Shown here one piece after another: positions 27,848 to 40,183 of a stretch of DNA of 64,000 nucleotides. The notes below the pieces were generated by a model. It searched no databases, had not been told where the DNA came from, and was given only the letters and a program-made list of their open reading frames with translations. Both the position numbers and the translations under genes were made by a program. How positions within the stretch are numbered: the first letter of the stretch is position 1; each line of letters begins with the position of its first letter. Source of the DNA: Octopus sinensis (taxonomy: Eukaryota); contig NC_043005.1 in NCBI RefSeq assembly GCF_006345805.1, positions 52,390,001 to 52,454,000 of the forward strand, given 5' to 3'.

Positions 27848-28321
27848 TATTTCTTGTATTTTTTCTGATCATTTTGTCATGTCATTCAGAAGTCACAGGC
27901 AGAAATATGATTAGGATGAAATAAAAAAAATGGAGAAAAAACATCCCCAAAATGTGCATAGATGTATAATATCCGATGATCGATTTATGTTTCTCTAATC
28001 TTTCAAACTGCAGCATCTAAAAAGATTCAGTAATTTGGAAATAACGAATGATGAGCTTCTTAGTTATTTCTCCCGTTATGAATGATGACCTCAACCAGAT
28101 TTCTTCTTTTGGGTTGCTTTCACCTTTCTGTCAACATAGTATTTTATCTCTTGTTTCGATGATGAGGAAAAATTAAAAAAAACAACGAAACAAGTAATAA
28201 AGGAACAGAATTAGTTGGGCTGAAAATTTGAAATATACCAACAAACATACGCAGACAGAGACAGAGACGCGCGCATGCATATATATATATATATATATCC
28301 AAAAACGAAATGAAATATATA

Positions 28322-28352
<31 letters not shown>

Positions 28353-28719
28353 ACACGCACATGCGCACATACATATATAATCCAAAAATGATATATATAT
28401 ATATAATATATATATTTATATTTATATATGTATGTATAAACACACACATACATATAAATACATACATACATGCATACATACGTAGAAAGTACAGAAATTT
28501 AATGTGAGGATGAACATGTGTTAAATCAGTTACAATCCTAATACATCCAGTCATGGTGTATTGATGTATGTGTTTATGCATGTGTTACTCACGTACATAT
28601 TCATACATATAAATATACATACATTCACACATTAAATTGTGTAGGTTGAACTATGTAAAGTATAAGGAGAAGAGATCTAACTGTTTCTTGCAATACATAC
28701 TACTACATACATCTAAAGT

Positions 28720-28841
28720 AAAAGTTTTTGAGGGGCCTTTAAAATACTGCTGGATCCCCAAATTAACATTTTGTCATGCAGACCCTCAAAAATTTTATAT
28801 GGACCTTCAATGACCATATGGACCCCGGTTGTGAACCACTA
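28720..28841 (-). mobile_element. hAT (Charlie-like) terminal fragment
   Basis: Minus strand starts TAGTGGTTCACAACCGGGGTCC; no second TIR found. Confidence 0.4.
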
Positions 28842-28869
28842 GTCTTAGCTATCAATATATACTTCGTAC

Positions 28870-29095
28870 AAGTGTCTGTGGAGAACGGAGTTTACTACCG
28901 AACCATATGGTCCCAGGTTCAGTCCAGCGCCGTGGCGCCTGGAAAAGCGCCTTCTACTATAGCCCTGGCCCGACCTAAAGCCTTTGAGTGAATTTCCTGA
29001 ACACATACATATGTGTATGTATGTGTGTTTTCTCCCAACCCTGCTTCATGGGGTTCTCCGGAATAAGTACTAGGCTTTAAAAAGAACAAGGACTA
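28870..29095 (+). mobile_element. SINE family 2, ending where PLE copy A begins
   Basis: GGTTCAGTCC...CTTCTACTATAGCCCTGGCCCGACC...GAATAAGTACTAGGCTT. Confidence 0.7.
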
Positions 29096-29098
29096 TTC

Positions 29099-30459
29099 TT
29101 GAATTCATGTAAAAGTTAGAAACTTAGGAATTCTACAGGACTAAGTAAATACGTTTGGAGTTTTAAAATGAAAGAAATTAATTATGAATTAAAGTGGGAG
29201 ATAATATGTAAAGCTAAATCATATAGAATAGGAAATAGGTCATGTTTATTATATACCCATGAATTCATGGCGATATTATAGTCTAAAACTGAACTTCTTA
29301 ATACTCAGAATGAACGTAAAATTAAATGTAAACTTAGACTGAAATGCCTTATTAATAACACATAGCCCTAAATTTTAGCGTAAGTATTGTTAATACTATA
29401 ATTATATAATTTTTTAATAGAAATAAAAACTTACCAGTGATTAAATGGGCGGAATAATACGGAATTATACGAAATAAAAAAAGTGATATTCCCATGATGC
29501 ATCTTTGAAGTTTCGTGAATCATGTTTTACTATTTAGACAATATGTTAATTAAATAATAGTTTAAAGTAGCAGGAAATAGGGTGTGAGTACTTCGCTGGA
29601 CTTTACAATGTCAGGCCATAATTAGGACGTTGTAGGATAATGGAGCTATCAGTGAATTGCATATTTTCCTTACTTTACCATCAAGTTATATTTATTTATT
29701 TTTTTTTTTTTAAAGTTTACCATTCCTATCACTTGAAATTTTGCAGTTCGTATTAGAAATATAGCACTTTTATTTGAAATTATCTCTTCGTAATTGCTTC
29801 CATGTTTATTAACTTTTATTCGTGTTTTTTTTCTTGCTATCTTTATTTTTTATTTTTATTTTTATTTTTAATCGTATTTTATTTTTAATCGTATTTAGTT
29901 TTATATTTATTCGTTTTATATATTATTAAAATAGTATTTGTAAATTTAATTTTATTTGGAACACTATATATAACTAACATAGTTTTTGTAAATTTTCGTA
30001 TATTTTTTGTGATTTTTATTCTTTACTTTATTCGTGTAACTTTTATTTCTGTAACTTTTTATCTTTATTTGAATTTTTATCTGAATTATGGCTTGTACTG
30101 TAGAGTCCAAGGAAACTAAACATACCTAATTTAAACACACATATTTTGCACATATTTACGGGATTTAAAACTTAAAATATAGTTTATTGTATTAAACGTT
30201 GATAAAGTTATAAGGGCCTGATGATTAGGGTGGCATCTTGAGAGGGGATCCAGGGAAACACGGAGTGGTTTAGGAACCCAAGGATGTACTTCATGAAACA
30301 CGTGTAGCCAAGGAATAAAACAGTAGGTATTTAAAATAAAAATAAAAATTCTTTTTATTTGGTGAGAAGTAGGGGTATACTATCTCTAAATTTAAAATAT
30401 ATTTCTTCATTGAAAATAATTTGAACCTCTGTTATGCCGGAATTGTTATTCCCTAAAAC

Positions 30460-30462
<3 letters not shown>
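29099..30462 (+). mobile_element. PLE copy A: GIY-YIG C-terminal remnant (29099-29365) plus 3' pLTR-like region
   Basis: NSTGLSKYVWSFKMKEINYELKWEIICKAKSYRIG...NERKIKCK paralogous to 32067-32345; internal stops. Confidence 0.85.
30215..30309 (+). ncRNA. Type I hammerhead motif with 70-nt extended stem II, closing pairs decayed
   Basis: GGC-CTGATGA-[70 nt]-GAA-ACACGTGT-A-GCC; palindromic stem III, GUA triplet. Confidence 0.6.
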
Positions 30463-30536
<74 letters not shown>

Positions 30537-30729
30537 ATAAATATTAGGGAATAAATCCAAATTTACAGGGAAAAAAATCAGATTTAGGATTAAATCCAAT
30601 TTTATAGTAAAATATTATAAAATATTATTAGAGACAAAACCACTATTTTGCAAAACAAACAAGGAAAGACTTAATCAATACATAAAATTTTAATAAATAG
30701 TCAAAAAAACCGCCACTAATGTAATTAAA

Positions 30730-32345
30730 ATGGCTAGGAAATCGCTAATTAAATATAAAAATAAATTATGGGCTAGGAATGATACTAGAGATTGTTTTGA
30801 TATACCTATGGGAGCACCAGATTCTGCACAGGCTACTGATTTAGTAGGTATTTTTCTTTTATCTGAACTCCAATTAGAAAATCTTAAGATAGAGGGTGGT
30901 TTATATAGAGACGATCTTCTACTAATTACAAAGAATTGTACTAATAGGAATCTAGAAGTATATAAGAAAAAACTATATAGTTTCTTTAAAAGATATGGTT
31001 TACGTATTACTATTTATAAGGAGAATTATAATGTTATTTATTTAGATGTTAATTTTAATCTTATTACAGGTAAAACACAACCATATCATAAACTTAATGA
31101 GAACCTTAGATATATAAATGTTAATAGTAATCACCCATTTTCTATTAAAAAATCGTTGATTAATAATATAAGTAAACGTATTTCATTACTCTCTTATGAT
31201 ATAGAGATTTTTAATAAACATGCTAATTATTATAATGAGGCCCTTAGAGGGGCAGGTTATAATAGGAATATTAAATTTTATAATATTAGCGATAAAGATT
31301 TAATTGTTAATTTTCGAGATACTTCTAATAATAATTTTAATTTTGTTAGGTTTAGTGGTAAAAATAATAGATATTATAAAAAAAATAATAAAAATGATAA
31401 AAATATAAATAAGAATAATAATAATAATAATAAATATAATAATAATAATATAAATAAGAATAATATAAATAAAAATAAATTTAATAATTATTATAATAAT
31501 TATATTGATAAATTTAATAATATTAATAATTCCTTAAATGCTGTACATAGATATAATTCTGATAATAATTTTAATAAAATAAAGAATTATAAATATATTT
31601 ATAATAATGATAATAATAATAAGGTTAATAAGAATAAAATTTGGTTAATAGTTCCTTATGGAGATCAAGTAAAAACGAATATTATTAAAGAGATTTTAGA
31701 TGTTATAGAACTATTTATTAGAGATAATCGTAAATATAGAAACATTTTCTCTTTTAATAATTTTGGAGTTGGTTACTCTACCACTAATAATGTTGGTAAC
31801 ATTATTTCTTCATTTAATAAATATAAACTGAATAATTTTTATAAAAAGAAATTATTTGATAATAATATTAATAATGATAAGACTTATATTAATTGTACAT
31901 GTAGAGATAAATCTAATTGTATATTAAATAATAATTGTGATATTAACGATGTAGTGTATAAATGTATAGTTACATTACATGATAATAACTTTAGAATAAT
32001 AATTACACAAAAGCGGTTTATATAGGTTCTACTTCCTCAAAAATAAAACTAAGAATCGCACAACATATGAATTCTTTTAAAAATAAAAACTTAATCAACT
32101 CAACCGGACTTAGTAAGTACATTTGGAGTCTTAAATCACTAAATATTAATTATAGTTTAATATGGGAAATAATTTGTAAAACTAAATCATATAATATAGG
32201 AGCTAATTGTTGTTATTTATGCTCTAATGAGTTTAAAGAAATTTTATTTTATAAGTATGATAATTTACTTAATACTGGTGAAGAGCGCAAAATAAAATGC
32301 AGACACAAGTTACTTTACCTATATAATAAGTTTCATGATAAATAG
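30730..32345 (+). pseudogene. Naiad-type PLE reverse transcriptase (C-terminal half) + GIY-YIG endonuclease, one frameshift
   Basis: FDIPMGAPDSAQATDLVG, GGLYRDDLL, YLDVNFNL, YINVNSNHP; CTCRDKSNC..C..VVYK; VYIG in the -1 frame at 32016-32027; NSTGLSKYIW, CYLC, CRH. Confidence 0.9.
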
Positions 32346-35230
32346 CAATAATAGTTCCCTTTTAGGTTACTTTAGTTTAGTTTAAATTAGTTTAGATAAT
32401 ATATTTTTGGTTATGTTGTCTAGGCTTTAATTATAGTTAGTCTTTATTGATATTTCTTTGTTTTAATTAGTTCATTTTTAATGTATATTAATTTAACAGT
32501 TTATGGTACGTTAAAACTTTAATAATTTATATTAGATTTTTTTATTTTTTATTTTTATTTTTATTTTATTTTATTATGTATTTTTATTTTGCATTTGTTA
32601 TATGTATTGGAGGATATATTTATATGTTTTTGGGTGTTATTTAGTGGTGTTTTTATTGAGTTTTGTATGTATGTGTGAATGTTTAAGATCCCTTTGTTTT
32701 TTGTTTTTTATTTGGTATGTTGAATTGACAGATTTTATTTGGGTATTGTCTTTTATAATAAAGTACACACACCCATAACAAATATAAGTGCCCACTTCAT
32801 TCGTTGTACTTGGGATTGCATGTGAGCCTCAGCATATGCACCTAACGGCCACTCCCGCCCCACATGGATAAATAAACACATACATCCCCAAAAATGGGAG
32901 TAATCCCATTCACACCAATTATATGTATACAATTATACACACTAGAATAATACATAACTAACCCAAATGTACAGAACATACTAATAATCACCAACTAACC
33001 ACCATCACAAATGAAACCCACACCCATACAATGACAAAACCCCCCCATACCCTATTTACACTCACATAGTAATCCCAATATATTCATCCATACATGGACG
33101 CAAGTGCGTGAAGCACATGCACATAATTAGTACGTACAACCCCTAATACACACTAATATATACGTATCAAGCTCGACCTCCACAGCGATACGTTTACACC
33201 CACTCACACCCAGATGGGTGAATTGCACAACCAGTGAATACTCACACACACGGGCGCGATTACATTGTTGCATATATCGAGCCAAAATAGTATGCATATG
33301 TACATGTGAGGGGTACACGCAAATGAAGTGAGCGTGTACCCCCTGCATTTATACCCGTGCGTGAATATACACATGGAGACTACCACACAGGTACAAATTG
33401 TTTAGAAATGGGAGCCCCATCACTACACTTAATGTATACTCTCACCCATCCGCACGGATGTGTAAGTGTATCTCCGGTGTATATGTTGAGGCTTATATGT
33501 AGCGTTGTGGAAGGGAACGTCGTTTAAATTGTGAATGAATGGGTGGAGTTGGGAATTGTAACCGGGTGGTGGACTAGCGTTGCTTGGAATTGTGAATGGA
33601 TTAGTGTGGTAGTGAGGTATGCATCGAGAATAGTTATGGGTTACTGTAAGTTGTTTGTTAGAGCTGCTAGGGTGGGCTAAAGCTCATAAATGTATATAAT
33701 GATTTTCATGGTAGTTTTAAAGAATCCATTCATAATAAATTTTTTTAAGTAGCGTTGTTTGCTACGTGGATATAGTTTTTAGTTCCATTTATTATATTTC
33801 TCCATTCATATTTTGAATGACGTTTACTTTCTATGGCGCGTATTCTTTTTTTACATAAGTTATTTCTATGGTAACGTAATTTTTGTTTGGTTTTTTAACG
33901 GCTAAGAATTTAATTTCACTTCATAATTTGTAACTGAATTGTAAGTATGTATTTGATTTATCCTTATGTCATATTGTTATTTTGATATTCTGGTTAATTA
34001 CGAAGTATTTAATGTTGTTTTCATAGGAGTGTTTATGTATATGAGATTGGTTGTGAGTTTTTAGTTGTATAATTAATTTATTTATCTGTATGAGTGTGGG
34101 TGTGTAAATATTGTTGTATATATCGAGTTTAGTGAGTATGTATATGCGTATATGTGAGGGAGTATATGTATCTGTTGTGTGTGTGTGTGTTTTGCGTGTG
34201 TGTGTGTTTGTGTGTGAATGTGTATTTGGGTTTGTTATTTAGGTTTTGGGATGTATGTGTTAATTTGTCTGTGTGGGAGGGAGTGGGTTTTGGTGTATTT
34301 TGAGGTTTATAAGTTAGTATAGGTTTGTGTATAAGTCTTGGGTCTGTGGTTTACGTGTGTGTATTTGTGTGTGAATGTTTAGGTTAGGGGGATTGCTATA
34401 TAAGTTTGTTATAGGGTTTAGCAAAGGGAGATTTTAATCGTTATATGCTTTTATGAGTTTTGGTTTATCATGGTTTTTTTTAGGTAATTCGTGGTAATTT
34501 GTCTATTTTCGATGTTGGTTATTTTTTTACATTGTTTCATTCATAATTTTTGAGTGGTGTTCGTTTTGCCACGTGAATAACCGGGTGGTGGACTAGCGTT
34601 GCTTGGAATTGTGAATGGAATAGTGTAGTAGTGAGGTAGGCATAGAGAATGGGATTGGGTTACTGCAAGTTGTTTGTTAGAGCTGCTAAGGTGAGTTAAA
34701 GCTCATAAATGTATTTAATGATTTTTGTGGGTGTGTAAGTATTGTTGTATATGTCGAGTTTAGTGAGTATGTATATGCGTATATGTGAGGGAGTATATGT
34801 ATCTGTTGTGTGTGCGTGTTTTGCGTGTGTGTGTGTGTTTGTGTGTGAATGTGTATATGGGTTTGTTATTTAGGTTTTGGGATGTATGTGTTAATTTGTC
34901 TGTGTGGGAGGGAGTGGGTTTTGGTGTATATTGAGGTTTATAAGTTAGTATAGTATGTGTATAAGTCGTGGGTCTGTGGTTTACGTGTGTGTATTTGTGT
35001 GTGAATGTTTAGGTTAGGGGATTACTATATAGGTTTGTTTTAGAGTTTAGCAAAGAGTTTTGTTTTATCATGGTTTTTTTTAGGGAATTCGTGGTAATTT
35101 GTCTATATTTTCGATATGGATTATATATAGGTTATATATGGATTATATACTTATATTTTTTCATTTATACTTTAATTATTTAAAATTATTATTTTTATAT
35201 TTTAAAATTTTGATTTTTTAGATTGGAAGT

Positions 35231-35273
35231 CCACCTGAAGATTGTCGATCAAGACAAGAAACGATTGTAGTGG
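35231..35273 (+). ncRNA. Minimal type I hammerhead ribozyme, all core positions intact
   Basis: CCAC-CTGAAGA-TTGTC(gatcaa)GACAA-GAA-AC(gatt)GT-A-GTGG; predicted cleavage after A35269. Confidence 0.85.
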
Positions 35274-35455
35274 CGGTTTTTTTGACTATTTATTAAAATT
35301 TTATGTATTGATTAAGTCTTTCCTTGTTTGTTTTGCAAAATAGTGGTTTTGTCTCTAATAATATTTTATATATATATATATATATATATAAACTTAGATA
35401 TGTTTCGACCAAAGATTGGTCCAGGCCATGTCTAACTTAATAGCACCACCTGATA

Positions 35456-35491
<36 letters not shown>

Positions 35492-36476
35492 GTATACAGA
35501 AAACTGGAAAATTATTTATTCCCTATTACATATGTTTCATTACCAAATAGGAATTACATAGGTATGCATAAAGGAAAACATGTACTACATCACCTATTAG
35601 TAATTCTTCAAACCAAGAACTGAAATAATATATTAAGACAGAGATCGATAGGGATCGATCCATCGATGGGTAGATATATAAATACTTAGATAAATAGATA
35701 TCAGTAAGCAGTGTCGATCACTTTAATCCCTCTTACAATTGCTATAAACACCAATCTTCTTGATTACAGAGCATTTTGTTTGCTATTCAGTTAGGGAATT
35801 CGTTTGTCTTTTTACTACCAATCACCCTAAACATGTTGCGTACGATAACGTTCACCTTTTCACCTGTCCTTCCATCTGAGACGTCCTTACGAACCATCCC
35901 TCCTTTTGTTCGACTTCGTTCGAGTTAGAGAGGGGTAAGACATTGATAATTTCTCGGGAGGTCGTCAACAATACACATTTATCCATCCATCCATCCATTC
36001 ATCCATCTAAATATTTAACACTACCTACATACACGACACACATGTATATAGACAAATATATATTCGCATATGTATATTAATGCATACTTATATACCAAAC
36101 CCTGTTTGGAATTATTCTTTGTGGGATGGTTCTTTTTCTCCTTTATCGCCATTTTCCCTTACCACTTTTGCATGAGTTCCTTCCTTGTTCATGTTCATGA
36201 TTCCTTCCTTCCTTCTTTCCTTCCTTCCTATATTTTCTGATCTATTTATTTACTTATTTATTTATTTACATTTTTTCGTTGTTTATTTATTTGCTTATTT
36301 TCCCTTATCTACTTAGATTTCTTTGTTTATTCCTCTCCATTCTGCTTGTTCTTCACAGAAATAACTTTAGATTATTTGGCTGTCAGCATGTGCCTCCAGG
36401 ATAGTCTGAGTGACAAACAATGTGAATGATCACTCTCTCATGCTGAGCTCCAAGAAACACACACACACACATGCAC

Positions 36477-36522
<46 letters not shown>

Positions 36523-36547
36523 GTATATATATATATATATATGTATA

Positions 36548-36587
<40 letters not shown>

Positions 36588-37556
36588 CACACGCATATAT
36601 TCATGCACACATATGAATATGTACACACTTACGTCACACCTATAATATTTGTATAGGTTCTCAAATACAGATATATACAAATATATATATACACACACAC
36701 ACATGCACTCACCTGCACGCACACACGCATACACACGCATATTACATATACTGACAAACACACAATCATATACATACGTACACACTCACACTCACACACA
36801 CACGCACACACACACACATATATACATATATACATACACACATACATACAACTTTATAAACACGGACATCATATTCACACGCACGTACGTATACACAAAA
36901 CTAAACGTACATACATTGAGAAATATAAATACATGTACATCATATACATAAATATAATCATGTTCACGCATACACACACACTAACATTCTTACAAAGAAT
37001 TGTTGTTATTGAAATCTTGAACAAACCCAAAGCGATTCGATTGCTTACAGAATGTAATGTTGTCGATTTGCAATCACCAACAACAACGACGACGACGCCA
37101 AAAATCATCTCCACCACCACCACCACCATCTTCGAAGCCCATCAAAATTCGCTTATAATATCATTTACAACAATATATAGATATCTCTAACCCTCCAACG
37201 CCATGAATACATTGATCAATGAATGCTGGACTCTTTGTTGTTTTTTTTTGTTTCTGTTTTTTTTGTGTGTTTGTTTGTGTTATATTTTTTCTTTCATTCT
37301 ACCTATTATTCTTCTGTTAAATAAGAAGATATCTTGACGTAGTTCCGCCTCGACATTTTTGCCATATTTGCAGAAATATTTCTGACGCCGTCAGTAAAAT
37401 ACTTTCTATGGTCTTGGTTTTTACTATAAAAATCTGAGGGAGGGGGTATGGAGTAATTTTGGAATAGAGTAAGAAGAAAGTGGAAAACATTGAGAGAGAA
37501 AGAGAGAGAGCGAGTGAGTGCGTGCGTGTGTGTATGTGTGTGTGTGTGTGTGTGTC

Positions 37557-37588
<32 letters not shown>

Positions 37589-37616
37589 AGGCATTAGGAA
37601 GATGAAGACGAAGTAA

Positions 37617-37752
37617 TCCTTTCTGCTATTGGCACAAGGTCTGAAATTTGAAGGGTGGGGTAAGTCGATTTCATCGATCCAAACGCTTAACTAGTACTTA
37701 CTTTATCGGCCCCGAAAGGATGAAAGGTAAAGACAACCTTGGCAGAATTTGA
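37617..37752 (-). mobile_element. SINE family 1, headless
   Basis: 3' part of the unit in reverse. Confidence 0.75.
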
Positions 37753-37811
37753 TTATGAAGAAGAAATAATAATAAAAATAATAATAATGTGTAATTTTTA
37801 TTCTTTTTTCT

Positions 37812-38201
37812 TTTATCTTTTACTTGTTTCACTCTTTGGACTGCGTCCATTCTGGGGCACCACCGAGAGAAATTTTTCATTTGATAAAAGGGGCCCCAGT
37901 TCTTACTTGATTTTAAGCCAGATACTTATGCTATTGGTATCTTTTGCTGAACCGCTTCGTTATGGATATGTTAACAAGGCAACAGCGGTTGTCATGTGTT
38001 AGAGAGCAAATACAAATACAAAGACATGCGCATAAACATACAATCACACACATATATGTACGGCGGGCTTCTTTTAGTTTTCATTTATAAAATCCGTTTA
38101 CCAGAATTTGGTCAGCCAAAGGTTATAGTAGAAGACAGTGCTACGAGGAGAAACTGAACCCATGATTTGGGGATCAAGTATCTCAACTACACAGCCACAC
38201 C
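37812..38201 (-). mobile_element. SINE family 2, diverged full length
   Basis: Head, internal CA/TA tract and 3' TTGTTTCA...CTTTTAC end in reverse. Confidence 0.7.
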
Positions 38202-38224
38202 TAATAATTAAAAAAAAATGTTAA

Positions 38225-38432
38225 TCCTTTCTACTAAAAGCACAAGGCCTGAAATTTGGTGGGAGGGGACTAGTAGATTACATCGACCCCAGTGTGTCAC
38301 TGATTCTTAATTTATCGACCCCGAAAGGATGAAAGGCAAAGTCAACCTCGGCAGAATTTGAAATCAGAGAGTTGGAACCGGCGAAATATCACCCAGCATT
38401 TTGATCTAACGATTCTGCCAGTTCGCCAACTA
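38225..38432 (-). mobile_element. SINE family 1
   Basis: Full unit in reverse. Confidence 0.85.
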
Positions 38433-38496
38433 AATAATGATGATGATGATGATGATGATGATGGTAATAATAATAATAACAATAATAATAATAATT

Positions 38497-38527
<31 letters not shown>

Positions 38528-38558
38528 TATTAATAATAATATTAATAATAATAATAAT

Positions 38559-39078
38559 CGCAGTGGCCTTCATGGCTTCTCATCTTAAATGATTGGAAAT
38601 GTTATCATGTATATTGTTTTCTGTAAGTATAAAAGATGGGATACAGCAAATATTTTGCTCAATACCACAGATTTGCTTGTCAGTTGTTTGACTTTAACCA
38701 GTTGAGCATGTTCCTTAGTGGTTGACAATATGTGCATCTCTGATCATGAGCAGAAGTAGTGGGAGAACTTCATAGCCATATGGGGTTTGGATAATTCTCT
38801 TTTGGGAACACGGATGTTTCGTTCAACATCCGTAAACAACCCGTACTCAGGGTCCTTTTGAGCAGAATGGGCTACTCGACCTGAAGAAAATTCTAACTGG
38901 ACCCCACCAGCAAGGTCATGCGCTGTTTGTTTTGATATGAGATCACCATGTCGCGCACATATGATTGTGATGCATGTGCCTGGTGTGCCCTTATCAGACG
39001 GGTAGTTATGATAGGTATCCTGAGTTTCGTATATTTTACCCCAGTGTCACTTTGATGGCGTGCGTTGCTCTTTCACTC
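38559..39078 (+). mobile_element. ~550-bp (AAT)n-associated repeat, copy 3
   Basis: Collinear with copies 1 and 2; (AAT)n on both sides. Confidence 0.85.
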
Positions 39079-39107
39079 AATAATAATAATAATAATAATA
39101 ATAATAA

Positions 39108-39205
39108 TCCTTTCTACTAAAGGCACAAGGCCTGGAATTTAGGAGAAGGGGATTAGTCGATTACATCGACCTCAGTGCGTGACTGGTACTTTATCAAACT
39201 CGAAA
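39108..39205 (-). mobile_element. SINE family 1, 3' fragment
   Basis: CCTTTCTACTAAAGGCACAAGGCC...TCGATTACATCGACC. Confidence 0.75.
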
Positions 39206-39209
39206 GTTA

Positions 39210-39385
39210 AAATCGTGGCTGCACGTCCTTGACAGAATCCTTACTAAGCTCTAACTTTTTGTAAATTAACCATGATAGTCCTCGGCCAAAAGCCTTCCGA
39301 AACCGACCGGTTAGTTTGTACACGTCGACGCCGAAATTTTCTGCGATAACCTCTGCATAGTTATTGACCACTAGACGACCATATA
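39210..39385 (-). pseudogene. Decayed CR1-type RT fragment
   Basis: GVDVYKLTGRFRKAFGRGLSWLIYKKLE resembles the VDVIYLDFxKAFD.V.H.LL..KL motif. Confidence 0.5.
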
Positions 39386-39389
39386 TTGG

Positions 39390-39605
39390 TTTCAAATTTT
39401 GGCACAAGGACAGCAGTTTAGGGGAAGTAGTAAGTCGATTATATTGCCCCCCCCCCTCACACACACACCAGGTATCAACTGGTTCTTATTATGTGAACTC
39501 TGAAAGAAGGAAAGGCAAAATCGATCTGGGGCGGTATTCGAACTCAGAACTTAATGACGCTAAATATTTCGTCCTGGGTGCTAACGATTCTACCAGCTCA
39601 CCATC
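39390..39605 (-). mobile_element. SINE family 1
   Basis: Diverged full unit in reverse. Confidence 0.75.
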
Positions 39606-40147
39606 TTCGATGTCGCTATATGCTATGGTAATATTTAATGAGAGATAATTCAGTCCTAATAATCTATTGTAGAAGGAGATTTTAATATACACGCACACGC
39701 TCACACGTACAGCCATATAAATACTTACATAAGAATAAACCACTTACAATAACGTGCTGACCAAATACATACACACAAACATACACGGACATATACACAC
39801 GCACGTAGATGTATGTGTGTGTGTATGTATGTATATATATATATATATGTGTGTGTGTATGTATATATATATATGTGTGTGTGTGTGTGTATAAGAATAT
39901 AGACATGAGTATACACGCACACATACATATGAATTTGACGGGGTAAAATGAAAGGGGGTTAACCTAATATAATCAAAATTATTGAACGCACAATCGGACA
40001 AGTATATATCTATATATGTATATGTGAGTGCGTATAATTATCCATGAATAAGTGTACAGATGTATGCATAGCATACGTATAAATAAATATGTATATATAT
40101 ATATATATTCGATTCGATTCGTTTGGTTTCTTCTTCTTCTCTAAGCT

Positions 40148-40183
<36 letters not shown>

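Larger units (their letters stand above)
30531..35370 (+). mobile_element. PLE copy B (Naiad-like): inverted pLTR segment + 5'-truncated body + long 3' region, between (TA)n arrays
   Basis: RT/GIY-YIG ORF, hammerhead at 35231, perfect inverted repeat 30616-30718 / 35268-35370. Confidence 0.85.

Noticed and set aside
30730-35370. Selenoprotein/SECIS, as reported for some Naiad elements
   Set aside because: No in-frame TGA in the ORF; the break is a frameshift ending at TAG
35392-35455. Short insert between TA arrays with GACCA/TGGTC-GAAAC on the minus strand
   Set aside because: CUGANGA core and cleavage triplet not present; at most a dead remnant
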